Under the pieces are notes generated by a model. The model saw nothing but the letters and a program-made list of their open reading frames with translations, did not search any database and was not told the origin of the DNA. A stretch of DNA of 64,000 bases, taken from positions 832,001 to 896,000 of the forward strand of contig OY762964.1 of NCBI GenBank assembly GCA_963667035.1, written 5' to 3'. Origin of the DNA: Candidatus Cloacimonadales bacterium (lineage in GTDB: Bacteria > Cloacimonadota > Cloacimonadia > Cloacimonadales > JAFGVF01). Shown piece after piece: positions 31,445-41,892 of this stretch. Both the position numbers and the translations under genes were made by a program. Positions within the stretch are counted from its first letter, which is position 1; each line of letters opens with the position of its first letter.

Positions 31445-31816
31445 ATGAAAGCAATTCACACATACAATGCTCCACAAGCAGTGGGACCATATTCTCAAGC
31501 AACTTTAAAAAACAATACTTTATATGTATCGGGACAACTTGGCATAGATCCTAAGACCGGAGAATTCCAGATAGGTTTTATAGCACAAACTGAACAAATC
31601 TTTGCTAATCTAAGAGCTATTTTAAGTGAAGCTGACTTCTCATTTACAGATGTAGTTAAAGTTACTGTTTACTTATCAGATATGCTATATTTCCATGATA
31701 TGAACCAAGTATACGCAAAGTATTTCTCTGAACCATTTCCGGCAAGAGAGGCTGTTGAGGTTGCCCAACTTCCCAAGAACGGAATGATAGAAATATCTTT
31801 AATAGCAATGAGGTGA
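31445..31816 (+). CDS. RidA-family enamine/imine deaminase
   Basis: GPYSQA, SGQL, PAR..V..LPK and IEI motifs. Confidence 0.9.
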   Translation: MKAIHTYNAPQAVGPYSQATLKNNTLYVSGQLGIDPKTGEFQIGFIAQTEQIFANLRAILSEADFSFTDVVKVTVYLSDMLYFHDMNQVYAKYFSEPFPAREAVEVAQLPKNGMIEISLIAMR

Positions 31817-31823
31817 TTGAAAT

Positions 31824-32351
31824 ATGTCAATAAGTACTAAGACCGGAGATAAAGGTACAACAGGGCTTTGGAGCGGACAGAGAGTAAAAAAGAATTCTGT
31901 AAGAGTAGAAGCTTACGGAACAATTGATGAGCTTGATACTCATCTTTCGGAAGCACTTTTATTTGTTAAGGATGAATACTCAAGAGAAATAATACTGGAA
32001 GTTCAGCAGTTGCTCTATAGAACCATGGGAGAGTTGGCTACAAAGGATAAGGAGTTTAAGGCTCTAATCAAAGCTGAAGAGGTTGAGAGAATCACTGAAT
32101 ATGTCCATAAACTGGAATCTGAAGTTCAGCTTACAGGATTTGTTAAAACTGGTCGTACCATTCAATCTGCTAAGCTTGATATTTGTAGAGCTATAGTAAG
32201 AAGAGGGGAGAGAAGAATTCTTGAACTTAACGATATAGAGGAAGTGAGTGAGCAGTTAAAGAAACTTGTTAACAGATTGTCGGATTTATTTTTTATTTTA
32301 GCAAGATTCGAAGAGAAAAGATTGAATAAATTAGAATATAAGACACTGTGA
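31824..32351 (+). CDS. PduO-type cob(I)alamin adenosyltransferase
   Basis: [22 protein letters not shown] and NRLSD motifs. Confidence 0.9.
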   Translation: MSISTKTGDKGTTGLWSGQRVKKNSVRVEAYGTIDELDTHLSEALLFVKDEYSREIILEVQQLLYRTMGELATKDKEFKALIKAEEVERITEYVHKLESEVQLTGFVKTGRTIQSAKLDICRAIVRRGERRILELNDIEEVSEQLKKLVNRLSDLFFILARFEEKRLNKLEYKTL

Positions 32352-32362
32352 TAGGAGATCGA

Positions 32363-33109
32363 ATGTATAAATTAGTGTTGTTAAGACATGGTCAGTCGAT
32401 GTGGAATTTAGAGAATAAGTTTACGGGATGGACAGATGTAGACCTTTCTGAACAAGGAGTTAGAGAAGCAAAACAAGCTGGTGAGTTAATGAAGGAAGCC
32501 GGTTTGACTTTTGATATTGCTTTTACTTCTGTTCTCAAAAGAGCAATCAAGACATTATGGTTTGCTCTTGATGGGATGGATTTACAATGGATACCCGTTA
32601 ATAAGGCTTGGGAGTTAAATGAACGCCATTATGGAGCGTTACAAGGTTTAAACAAATCCGAAACAGCTGAGAAATTTGGTGACGACCAGGTTCTTGTTTG
32701 GAGAAGAAGTTATGATACTCCACCTCCTGAATTAACAAAAGATGACGAACGATATGCCGGTCATGAAGCTAAGTATTCAAAATTACTTGAAGAGGATTTA
32801 CCACTTACTGAATGTCTTAAGGATACTGTTGCAAGAGTGATCCCATATTTTGAAAGTAAGATAGCTCCATATATTAAAGATGGTAGAAATATTATTGTTA
32901 CAGCTCATGGTAACAGTCTTCGAGCCTTAGTGAAATATCTTGATAATATAAGTGACGAAGATATTATAAATCTTAACATCCCAACAGGAATTCCATTAGT
33001 ATATGAATTGAATGAAGATCTTAAGCCTATAAAGAATTACTATTTAGGAGACCAAGAAGCCATAAAGAAAGCTCAAGAGCAAGTTGCTAACCAAGGTAAA
33101 TCAAAATAA
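32363..33109 (+). CDS. gpmA: 2,3-bisphosphoglycerate-dependent phosphoglycerate mutase
   Basis: RHGQS, LNERHYG, WRRSY and AHGNSLR motifs; ATG at 32363 after GGAG. Confidence 0.95.
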   Translation: MYKLVLLRHGQSMWNLENKFTGWTDVDLSEQGVREAKQAGELMKEAGLTFDIAFTSVLKRAIKTLWFALDGMDLQWIPVNKAWELNERHYGALQGLNKSETAEKFGDDQVLVWRRSYDTPPPELTKDDERYAGHEAKYSKLLEEDLPLTECLKDTVARVIPYFESKIAPYIKDGRNIIVTAHGNSLRALVKYLDNISDEDIINLNIPTGIPLVYELNEDLKPIKNYYLGDQEAIKKAQEQVANQGKSK

Positions 33110-33222
33110 TTGTGAACATACATATTAAGCCTGCTGTTTAGCAGGCTTTTTTAGGTTATATACTTTAACACATTTTTAATTTGACAGAAAGATAACATTC
33201 AATCGAATAGCATATAATTGAT

Positions 33223-33276
33223 TAGCGGCGATTTTCGCAGTTTGCTCCGCTATATAAATTTGCTAAAGTGTGCGAA
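33223..33276 (+). ncRNA. SAM-II riboswitch aptamer
   Basis: P1 tagcgg/ccgcta; conserved GATTT, TTGC, AAAT, GCTAAA; pseudoknot tcgca/tgcga; upstream of metK. Confidence 0.8.
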
Positions 33277-33284
33277 TATTTTTT

Positions 33285-33316
33285 GCCGACTTTAGCAACT
33301 TAAAGTCGGCTTTTTT
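33285..33316 (+). terminator. riboswitch expression-platform terminator
   Basis: gccgacttta/taaagtcggc stem followed by T6, before the metK RBS. Confidence 0.8.
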
Positions 33317-33343
33317 ATTTATAAAATATAAGGAGGTCCTATA

Positions 33344-34513
33344 ATGAGTAAGGACGTGATGAATAAACCCGGAAGCTTTATTTTTACTTCCGAGTCTGTA
33401 TCTGAAGGACATCCGGACAAGGTCTGTGATCAAATTTCAGATGCGATTTTAGATGCCTATCTGACTGTTGATCCTCAAGCTCATGTTGCCTGTGAGACTT
33501 TGGCAACTGAAAATCAGATTGTTCTAGCTGGAGAAATTAGTGCTAATAGTGAACTTGATATTGAATCTATTGTAAGAAAAGAAATAGAGAAGATTGGATA
33601 TACTAAAACCGGAAAAGGTTTTGACCATAATTCAAAAATCCTTAATTTGTTACATTCTCAAGAGGGAGCATTAAAGGATAACGCAGATATCCAAGGAGCT
33701 GGTGATCAGGGTTTGATGTTTGGATATGCTTGTCATCAAACAAAACAACTTATGCCAATACCAATTCTTATGGCTCATAAACTTGTTTTGAAATTAGCTC
33801 AGCTCAGGAAAGATAATACTTTAGAATACCTGATGCCGGATGCTAAATCTCAAGTGTCTATGCGTTATGAACATAGAAATGCCGTTAATTTGGAATCTCT
33901 CATTATATCAACTCATCATCAACCTAAATCTGCTACCGAGTTTGAAGAGATGAAAGCTGAGATTTTAAGACTAGTTGTAGAACCTGTAATAATAGATGTT
34001 TTGCAAGAAAGCAGAAGAGAATTCAGTTATAATCTAAGTAAGTATGAGATAAATCCTTTAGGTATGTGGGAAGATGGTGGTCCGGCTTTTGATACCGGAT
34101 TAACAGGCCGTAAAATTATTGTTGATACATATGGTGGATGGGGAAGACACGGTGGTGGTGCTTTCTCAGGTAAAGATGCTACAAAAGTTGACAGAAGTGC
34201 TTGCTACATGGCTAGACACATAGCAAAGAGTATTGTCGCTTCTGAGATAGCTGAAGAGTGTGAAGTACAGTTTGGTTTCATTATTGGTGAACCACAGCCG
34301 GTATCAGTAATGATTGATACTTTTGGAACCGGTGATGTCCCTGAAGAAGTACTAGTAGAGCATGTTAGAAAGAACTTCGACCTTTCGGTTAAAGGAATTA
34401 TTGATTACCTTGAACTGAGGAAACCAATCTATAATCAAACTGCCTCTTACGGGCATTTCGGTAGAGATGACATTGAGTTACCTTGGGAGAAGGTTGTTCA
34501 GTTGAAGGTTTAA
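33344..34513 (+). CDS. metK: S-adenosylmethionine synthetase
   Basis: FTSESVSEGHPDK, GAGDQG and GGGAFSGKD motifs. Confidence 0.97.
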   Translation: MSKDVMNKPGSFIFTSESVSEGHPDKVCDQISDAILDAYLTVDPQAHVACETLATENQIVLAGEISANSELDIESIVRKEIEKIGYTKTGKGFDHNSKILNLLHSQEGALKDNADIQGAGDQGLMFGYACHQTKQLMPIPILMAHKLVLKLAQLRKDNTLEYLMPDAKSQVSMRYEHRNAVNLESLIISTHHQPKSATEFEEMKAEILRLVVEPVIIDVLQESRREFSYNLSKYEINPLGMWEDGGPAFDTGLTGRKIIVDTYGGWGRHGGGAFSGKDATKVDRSACYMARHIAKSIVASEIAEECEVQFGFIIGEPQPVSVMIDTFGTGDVPEEVLVEHVRKNFDLSVKGIIDYLELRKPIYNQTASYGHFGRDDIELPWEKVVQLKV

Positions 34514-34586
34514 TACAAATTGATGAATAGATAAAGGTTGCTGAGTTTCAGCAACCTTTTTCATATATTCAAACACTAAATTAGTC

Positions 34587-35453
34587 TCAATCTTTGTTGT
34601 TAATAGAGGTTTGTTTACTACCAATTTGAGCAATAAAACCAATGCAGATAATCGCAACTCCTACCAGAAATCTTGGAGCACTTAGAGTTTCCTTAAATAT
34701 TATCGTTGAAGCTAGAATCGCTAACGGAATCTTCATATTGTTCATAATCGCAAGTGTGCCAATACCGGTTTTTCTTGCTCCAAGGTTCCATAAAAAGAAA
34801 CTCAATCCGCTTGCTACTGCACCTAAATATATAATAGATAAGATCTGAGCACTATTAAGAGTAAAGCTTATCTCGTGTACATGAAAAAGCATACTAAGAC
34901 CTGCAATTAATGTACCTCCCAAATAAAGCAAAGCAAATGAGTTTACATCCTTCTCAACATTCCTTTTCTTGCAGAAGTATTTATAGCCAACCTGTCCAAG
35001 TGCAAATGAGAGGTTGGAAGCTTGCACTAATAAGAATCCTGTTAAAAAGAAGCTGAACTCCTTATCCGGAAGCTTAAGAATCAGACCGCCCAGTACTGCT
35101 AGGATAGCTGTTACAAGGTTACGCCATCTAAACTTATGTTTTAACAAATCTGCAATCAAAGAAACAAAGATAGGAGTCGTAATGGTAAATACAGATACTT
35201 GCCAGGCAGGAAGAAATTGAAATGCCTTCAAATAAAAGATATACATTAACCCAAATTGTATTGCTCCTAACGCAATTAAGAAACATGCATCTTTAAAGCT
35301 GGTTCTCCTCAATTTTAACAAAGGTAAAAAGAATATGAAAGAAATACCTATTCTTAGAGTTGATAAGTAGTAAGGATTGACATCACCTAGATATGTCTTG
35401 ATAAGTCCGAATGAAAATGCCCATATAAATGACACTATCCATAGATAAATCAC
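34587..35453 (-). CDS. EamA/DMT-family transporter
   Basis: About 10 TM segments in two repeats; WAFSFGLIK, FFLWNLGA. Confidence 0.85.
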   Translation of the reverse strand: MIYLWIVSFIWAFSFGLIKTYLGDVNPYYLSTLRIGISFIFFLPLLKLRRTSFKDACFLIALGAIQFGLMYIFYLKAFQFLPAWQVSVFTITTPIFVSLIADLLKHKFRWRNLVTAILAVLGGLILKLPDKEFSFFLTGFLLVQASNLSFALGQVGYKYFCKKRNVEKDVNSFALLYLGGTLIAGLSMLFHVHEISFTLNSAQILSIIYLGAVASGLSFFLWNLGARKTGIGTLAIMNNMKIPLAILASTIIFKETLSAPRFLVGVAIICIGFIAQIGSKQTSINNKD

Positions 35454-35596
35454 TTGTTTCTCCTAACACCAATAGTTAGGAGTCAAAATCATGAAAACAG
35501 GTTTAATTGCAAGTTATTTAGAATACAAGATATTGCATATATAAAAAAGACTGTATAGATATAAAACTATACAGTCCGATATAAATATATAATCAA

Positions 35597-37141
35597 TTAA
35601 TGACGGAAATGTCTCATTCCGGTCATAATCATAGTTATGCCATATTCATTGCATGCTTCGATACATTCGGGATCACCTTTAGAACCGCCCGGTTGAATAA
35701 TGGCAGTAATGCCTAATTCATGCATAGCATCGATGCTATCTCTAAACGGGAAAAATCCGTCTGAAGCACAAACAGAACCTTTAATCTCAAGTCCAAACTT
35801 TTTAGCTTTACTAATTGCTATCTCAGTTGAATCGATTCTGGAGGTCTGTCCTATACCAAGACCTATTGTTCTGTCGTTCTTAGTGAAGCAAACAGCATTT
35901 GATTTTAAGGTTGCCACTGTATTCCAACCAAACTCAAGAGCTTCCATTTCCTCTTCTGTAGGCTTTCTATCAGTAGCTATTATCCAGTTTTCTTTACTAT
36001 CTTTAGCATAGTCAAGATCCTGACTCAAATACCCATCTAGACATGATACTGTATACTTGCTATTTAACAAGCGTTTAAGGTTTTCTTGAGAGTAAGTGAG
36101 AAGTCTACGATTTTTCTTTCTCCTAAGTTTATCCAAAGCCTCTTCACTGTAAGACGGGGCAATAATAATTTCTGTGAATACCTTGTTTATTGCTTCAGCA
36201 CCGGCAAGAGTCATTTCTCTGTTAGTTATAACGATACCTCCAAATGGTGAGAGTGTATCAGTAGCTAATGCCTTAGCATGTGCTTCTTCAATTGTCTCTC
36301 CCGTCGCAATTCCGCAAGGATTAGTATGCTTTAGAATAGCAACACAGCATTTATCGTTAAATCTGGAGATTAGTTTCAGAGCTGCATCAATATCAATGAA
36401 GTTGTTATATGAAAGTGCTTTACCATGGAACACTTCTACTATCTGTTCTTTGTTTCTTGAATAGTAACCTGCAGATTGATGAGGATTTTCTCCGTATCTT
36501 AACTCCTTATTCAATGGAGTGGATATCTGCAAATATCCTTTAATTGAATCTTCATTCCTGCTGCTGAAGTAATTACTGATAAGGCTATCATAATCAGCTG
36601 TATGTCTAAATGTTTTAAAGGCAAGGTATTCTCTTGTTTTGAGAGTAGTACATCCTTCCTCTTTTAATTCTTCTAAGACTTTGTCATAATCTATCGGATC
36701 GGTAATTACAGTTACATCATTATAATTTTTTGCTGCAGAGCGTAGCATTGTGGGTCCGCCAATATCGATATTCTCAATAATGAGTTCATGACTTGAATCA
36801 GGATTTGTTACTGTTTGCTCAAATGGATATAGATTAACTACAACCATATCTATCATTGTAATTTCGAGTTCTTCAGCTTCTTTTACATGACTCTCGACAG
36901 ACCTATTCGCCAGTATACCACCATGAATAAACGGATTAAGAGTTTTTACTCTCCCATCCATAATCTCAGGAAATCCGGTAACGTCAGTGACTTTGATGAC
37001 ATCAATTCCGGATTCTTTTAGTAGTTTATGGGTTCCACCTGTTGAAATGATTTCATAATCAAGTTCGGTTAACGCTTTTGCAAATTCTACAATTCCACTT
37101 TTATCAGATACACTAATCAGAGCTCTTCTTTTCTTCTTCAT
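35597..37141 (-). CDS. purH: AICAR formyltransferase/IMP cyclohydrolase
   Basis: ALISVSDK, GRVKTL, IDIGGP, LRYGENPHQ, SDGFFPF and RHFRH motifs. Confidence 0.97.
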   Translation of the reverse strand: MKKKRRALISVSDKSGIVEFAKALTELDYEIISTGGTHKLLKESGIDVIKVTDVTGFPEIMDGRVKTLNPFIHGGILANRSVESHVKEAEELEITMIDMVVVNLYPFEQTVTNPDSSHELIIENIDIGGPTMLRSAAKNYNDVTVITDPIDYDKVLEELKEEGCTTLKTREYLAFKTFRHTADYDSLISNYFSSRNEDSIKGYLQISTPLNKELRYGENPHQSAGYYSRNKEQIVEVFHGKALSYNNFIDIDAALKLISRFNDKCCVAILKHTNPCGIATGETIEEAHAKALATDTLSPFGGIVITNREMTLAGAEAINKVFTEIIIAPSYSEEALDKLRRKKNRRLLTYSQENLKRLLNSKYTVSCLDGYLSQDLDYAKDSKENWIIATDRKPTEEEMEALEFGWNTVATLKSNAVCFTKNDRTIGLGIGQTSRIDSTEIAISKAKKFGLEIKGSVCASDGFFPFRDSIDAMHELGITAIIQPGGSKGDPECIEACNEYGITMIMTGMRHFRH

Positions 37142-38147
37142 TCTCTTTAATCAATTCCTTTATTATTTCTTTTAATTCAATTTTATTGATATCTTTACTT
37201 ATCTTTGTGTAAGTTTGTTTGTTTATAGGTATTTTTACTTCAATAGAAGCAGTTTCAGTTTCTTGTACACAATCAATGGAAGGTAGATGCTCCATAATAG
37301 ATACAAGAACAATTCCACTCAAAATGATAAACCAATTAATGTAGACCCATAAAAGAAATATTGGAATAGAAGCCAGAACTCCGTAAGATATCTGAATGCT
37401 GGTTAGATTATTAATATACCAGTCGAAACCAAGTTTTACAATGAACCAGACAAATGCCGTTACCGTAGCTGATTTAGCTATGGACTTGATTCTCATGTTT
37501 CCGGTAGGAACAAAGAAATATAGAAATGCTACTAATAGGAATTCAATCATTATTGGATACAGATAAGTAGCAAACTTTTGGATTAGGGTGTTCTTAGTAA
37601 AACTATTTAGCACAGGAGCTGAAATGGCTGTAAAAAGTATTAGTATGATTAAGAAACCAAAGAAGATAGTTCCAAAGAATTTCAACAGATTGAAAATGAA
37701 GTCGTTACTTTTTTCTTCTTTAACTCTAAGTATCCTATCAAAAACAGTATTAATGCCGTTGAAAAGGGAATAGGACGTTATAATAAAGAGTATGAAGTTA
37801 AAGAAGCTGAAAGAGGTCGTCTTTGAAAGTAACTGAGTAATGAAATCGCCTAAAGTCTCAGCAGACTGTGGCAAGAAGAAGTTTTTAAGGAAAGAATCGA
37901 GTACTTCATTAAAGTTAAAAAACGGCAAATCAGGAAGCATCATCACAATAAATATAATGAACGGAACAAATCCTAAAAACGTTATGTAGCTTAATGAAGC
38001 CGCTTCCGAGAAGATTTTATCTTCGTTAATACGTTTCCAGAATAGCTTCACAGAAGCCACTATTGAACTAAATGCTTGTTTTCTATACGCAGTACTATTG
38101 AAGAAGTTTTTTAGTTGTATGAAGAAGTTCTTATTACTTCTACTCAT
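37113..38147 (-). CDS. YihY/BrkB-family membrane protein
   Basis: AASLSY.T..GFVP and YG.LASIPIFLLWVY motifs. Confidence 0.85.
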   Translation of the reverse strand: MSRSNKNFFIQLKNFFNSTAYRKQAFSSIVASVKLFWKRINEDKIFSEAASLSYITFLGFVPFIIFIVMMLPDLPFFNFNEVLDSFLKNFFLPQSAETLGDFITQLLSKTTSFSFFNFILFIITSYSLFNGINTVFDRILRVKEEKSNDFIFNLLKFFGTIFFGFLIILILFTAISAPVLNSFTKNTLIQKFATYLYPIMIEFLLVAFLYFFVPTGNMRIKSIAKSATVTAFVWFIVKLGFDWYINNLTSIQISYGVLASIPIFLLWVYINWFIILSGIVLVSIMEHLPSIDCVQETETASIEVKIPINKQTYTKISKDINKIELKEIIKELIKENEEEKKSSD

Positions 38148-39375
38148 ACCTTAAAGCCTTTACCGGATCGAGATTACTTGCTCGTACAGCCGGGAAAATT
38201 CCAAATATAAAGCCTATCCCAACTGATACTAATAAAGCCGAAAGTACCATTGATTCAGAGGCAATAGCTTTCATCTGAAGGAAATTACTAACCAAGTCGA
38301 GTATGGATAATCCTCCGATAACTCCCAGAACACCACCAATAGTTGTAATAATAATTGTTTGGATTAGGAATTGAAGGAAAATATCAAATCTTCTTGCTCC
38401 AACCGAAAGTCGAACACCTATTTCTCTAGTTCTTTCTTGGATAGTGGCTAACATTATATTCATAATAACAATTCCACCTACTAGCAATGAAATTGCTGCC
38501 ACAAGAAAGAAAATCATCTTCATAAGTTTAAAGCCGTCATCCGATTGATTTGAACTCTCAAAATTGGAGTCAACATTCATTAACTGCTTACCACGATTAA
38601 GATTAAGAATCATGTTGTTAAGTTTTTCTTTCAAAGCAACAGATTCCTCCGGTGAATTGGCTGTAACACCAATGTTCCAAACTCTGTCATCGGCTTTTTC
38701 TTTTATCAGCATAGTTGAAATCGGGATAAAGCTATTCCAGTTTTTCCATTCCATAGCATTATCACTTTGACCTTCACCTGCCCACCTGTTCTTCATATAT
38801 CTATGCTTCATTATTCCAACAACAAGATATTTTCTGCCATTTAGAGTAACTAACTTGTTTATGGCATCTTCATTACCAAACAGGGATTGTTTAACACTTG
38901 TTCCAAGCACAACCACATCGGTTTTCCTCTTTATATCCGTATCGGAGATAAATCTACCTTCTTGGACTGTCCATTGTTCGGCAATCTCATAGTCGGGATA
39001 TACACCAACCACATTTTTTCTCTCTGTCTTTGCTCCATTGCTAATCTTAGTCCACAAATCACTTGTAGGATTAAAAGCTTTTGCTTCCGGGCATTGTTCT
39101 CTCAGAAAATTAACTTGTGAAAGAGTTAAACTTTTATCATCCCAAGTATCATTTCTATCATATTCCCAATTAGGATAGATATTTATTTTGCTCAATCCAC
39201 CTGACTCCATCATCCATTCCATAGACATTTCTTTTACTCCGTTAACCAGAGCTAAAACAACGATGATGGACATTATCCCTAAAATAATACCAAATATTGT
39301 TATAAGACTTCTTACTTTTCTGGACCAGAAGTCAGCAAATCCGACTACAATTGATTGACTAAGTGAGAGAGCCAT
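38140..39375 (-). CDS. MacB/FtsX-type ABC permease
   Basis: RSLITIFGIILG, GGIVIMNIML..ERTREIG and ASNLDPVKALRYE motifs. Confidence 0.9.
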   Translation of the reverse strand: MALSLSQSIVVGFADFWSRKVRSLITIFGIILGIMSIIVVLALVNGVKEMSMEWMMESGGLSKINIYPNWEYDRNDTWDDKSLTLSQVNFLREQCPEAKAFNPTSDLWTKISNGAKTERKNVVGVYPDYEIAEQWTVQEGRFISDTDIKRKTDVVVLGTSVKQSLFGNEDAINKLVTLNGRKYLVVGIMKHRYMKNRWAGEGQSDNAMEWKNWNSFIPISTMLIKEKADDRVWNIGVTANSPEESVALKEKLNNMILNLNRGKQLMNVDSNFESSNQSDDGFKLMKMIFFLVAAISLLVGGIVIMNIMLATIQERTREIGVRLSVGARRFDIFLQFLIQTIIITTIGGVLGVIGGLSILDLVSNFLQMKAIASESMVLSALLVSVGIGFIFGIFPAVRASNLDPVKALRYE

Positions 39376-40039
39376 CGACTATATACCCGTCTTTGATTGT
39401 AATAACTCTATCAGCTTGTTGAGCAACGAGGTTATCGTGGGTAACCATAACGATAGTGTTTCCCTGATCATGTAGGTTCTTAAATATGCCTAGTATGTCA
39501 CTACCTGATTGACTATCAAGATTACCTGTTGGTTCATCTGCAAGTATTAAAGCAGGTTGATTCACAATTGCTCTGGCAATGGCAACCCTTTGTCTCTGTC
39601 CACCGGATAACTCGGATGGCTTATGCTTTAATCTATCTTCTAAGCCGACATCTGTCAGAACTTTCTTAGCTAATTTTTTTCGCTTTCCTTTACTCAAGCC
39701 TGCATACATTAAAGGTAACTCAACATTCTTAAGAACAGATAGATGGGGAAGAAGATTAAAAGTCTGAAAGATAAACCCGATTTTATCGTTTCTGATTGTA
39801 GCCAGATGTTTCTTCTTCATCTTTGATATCGGGGTTTCGTCTAAGAAGTACTCTCCGCCGGAAGGAGTATCTAAACAGCCTAAAATGTGCATAAGAGTGC
39901 TTTTACCGGAACCTGACGGTCCCATAATTGCTACAAATTCACCTTTCTTAACGGTGAAATCTAAACCTTTAAGGGCGTTTACCGTAACTTTGCCCATTTT
40001 ATAGTCTTTAATGAGGGAGCTTGTTTTTATTATATCCAT
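39359..40039 (-). CDS. ABC transporter ATP-binding protein (MacB/LolD-like)
   Basis: GPSGSGKS, LSGGQRQR and DEPTGNLD motifs; ATG at 40039 preferred to the longer track ORF. Confidence 0.9.
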   Translation of the reverse strand: MDIIKTSSLIKDYKMGKVTVNALKGLDFTVKKGEFVAIMGPSGSGKSTLMHILGCLDTPSGGEYFLDETPISKMKKKHLATIRNDKIGFIFQTFNLLPHLSVLKNVELPLMYAGLSKGKRKKLAKKVLTDVGLEDRLKHKPSELSGGQRQRVAIARAIVNQPALILADEPTGNLDSQSGSDILGIFKNLHDQGNTIVMVTHDNLVAQQADRVITIKDGYIVDGSLT

Positions 40040-40267
40040 AACAATTCTCTTAATTTTATCTATTGTTAGTAATCTTCTGTAGGAATATTTGTCAATGTAA
40101 TTCAAGGTATACGCTACATTGATTATATTTATCTCCAACAGACTGCTTATAATGTTTCAGATAGAACTAATTATAATAACGAATATACTTATGGAAGTAA
40201 CATTATTAATGAATAAAAAAAGCCCGGTTTTAAAACCGGGCTCATAAAGTGATAGCTCTAAAAGAAT

Positions 40268-40558
40268 CTAATATCTTCTACCGCCACCGTTACCGCCTCT
40301 GTAGCTGTTGTTACGTTCAGGACGTGGTCTTGCTTCGTTAACGGTTAGTGCACGGCCACTAAGTTCTTTGCCGTTCATCTCTTCGATTGCCTTTTTAGCA
40401 GCGTCAGCATCAGGCATTTCGATAAAACCGAAACCCTTTGATCTGCCGTCATGGTCTGTAATGATGCGAGCTGAGTCTACTGCACCATATGCTTCAAAAG
40501 CTTCTTGTAAGTCAGCTTCTGAAAGTCTGTAAGAAATATTTCCTACATAAATATTCAT
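40268..40558 (-). CDS. RRM RNA-binding protein with Gly/Arg-rich tail
   Basis: RNP2 IYVGNI and RNP1 KGFGFIEM. Confidence 0.93.
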   Translation of the reverse strand: MNIYVGNISYRLSEADLQEAFEAYGAVDSARIITDHDGRSKGFGFIEMPDADAAKKAIEEMNGKELSGRALTVNEARPRPERNNSYRGGNGGGRRY

Positions 40559-40797
40559 CTGGAAATCCTTGAATCTACCCGGTAATTATAATCATTAGGC
40601 AAATCCCGGGAGAAAGTTGCGTATGATGCCAACATATTCTGGTGAAGGCTCCGGCTCAACGTTGAAGGAATCAAAGGTGAGACACTACTATTACTCGAAT
40701 CAAATTTTCAATTCAATTTCATTCTTTTTAAGCCACAATCTTTTGTCAATATGATTATCTAAAAAATCTAATTTTTTTTTTCGGGGAATCAAAATCT

Positions 40798-41166
40798 CTA
40801 ACTTCCCATTATGTTGTTATTTAAGTTCTGCCTCACGGATTCCAGATTATCATTTGCTTTGGAAGGTAAGTTTTGTAGGAACTTTTCAAGCTCTTCACAT
40901 TTGTAGGAACTGCATAAAGCACAGTTGTCAACACCCCTTTTTATGGCACAATGTCGGATAGTACACTCTCCACAGAATCCAATTTGTACTCCGTCACTTT
41001 TACAACCTGAACAGCCTATGTCAGCCGGATCAATCTCCATACCGCTATTCTTTGACCAAATCTCTGCGAGCTTCTCTCGTAACTCATCATCATTGTTCAT
41101 TGTTGCTTTGTAAGCATCGCATTCGTAGCAATCCAATCCACAGTAAGCAAGTTTGCGATTCATCAT
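40798..41166 (-). CDS. DUF3795-like Cys-rich protein
   Basis: AYCGLDCYEC..C.GC..C..C.IRHCA..NCALC..YKC. Confidence 0.8.
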   Translation of the reverse strand: MMNRKLAYCGLDCYECDAYKATMNNDDELREKLAEIWSKNSGMEIDPADIGCSGCKSDGVQIGFCGECTIRHCAIKRGVDNCALCSSYKCEELEKFLQNLPSKANDNLESVRQNLNNNIMGS

Positions 41167-41403
41167 ATCCCCTAGTATTCAGTTTCACTAAAACTGTAAG
41201 TTTGGATTTAATTGTCAAACATTAATCACTTGGAAGATAACAAGCATTAGGTTCTGATTGCAGTAACTTGTTATTACTTTATGGCTTAACATAGAATTTA
41301 AAACTTAAAATAAATGATCGAATCATGTGTTTATAGGCAAGTACTGGCAAATAAAAAAAAACCGTTCAACTGAACGGTTCAAAAAACTATATTATGGAAA
41401 AGC

Positions 41404-41583
41404 TTACTCAGCTAATTTCGCTCCATCTATGTTACGACAGTTTTTACAAACCTTTACAGTTTTTTCGCCTGCTTTAACTTCGTGGAGAAGCTTGATTCCT
41501 GTTCTTCCACAAGATGGACATTCACCTCTTGCTGAACCAGGAATTGTTTGTTTTAATAATTTACCACGGTGGTTCTTAGCCAT
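41404..41583 (-). CDS. 59-aa basic zinc-ribbon protein, absent from the ORF track
   Basis: MAKNHRGKLLKQTIPGSARGECPSCGRTGIKLLHEVKAGEKTVKVCKNCRNIDGAKLAE; AAGGAG RBS; own terminator at about 41353-41379. Confidence 0.85.
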   Translation of the reverse strand: MAKNHRGKLLKQTIPGSARGECPSCGRTGIKLLHEVKAGEKTVKVCKNCRNIDGAKLAE

Positions 41584-41892
41584 TAATATACTCCTTAAGT
41601 TTCTAACTATTTGCCCAACATTTTGATTAAGAGCTTTTTAGTCAAGAAGTTTGTGATAAAACGGTATTGTGCTATGCTTTAACTGTCTCTTATGGGGGTA
41701 TCTTATCTTAAACAAAGTCAATAGCGGTTTTAGTGTTACCATATTCATTATTTGATAAAAAAGACGATAAAGTATTGTAAGGATGAATCTCTTCACTTGG
41801 TAATGAAACACTTAACGTGATTTTGCTTTACAAATTCAACCGTTCTAATTTCTTGCAATCATAAGAAATACTATACTTTAAGGAGTCGTCTT

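Noticed and set aside
41327..41626. 99-aa plus-strand ORF from the track
   Set aside because: Antisense shadow of the 59-aa minus-strand gene, which has the RBS and terminator.
41630..41890. Glycine riboswitch upstream of the gcvT-like gene
   Set aside because: No GGAGA/CCGAAG/CTCTCAGG signatures; the region is AT-rich.
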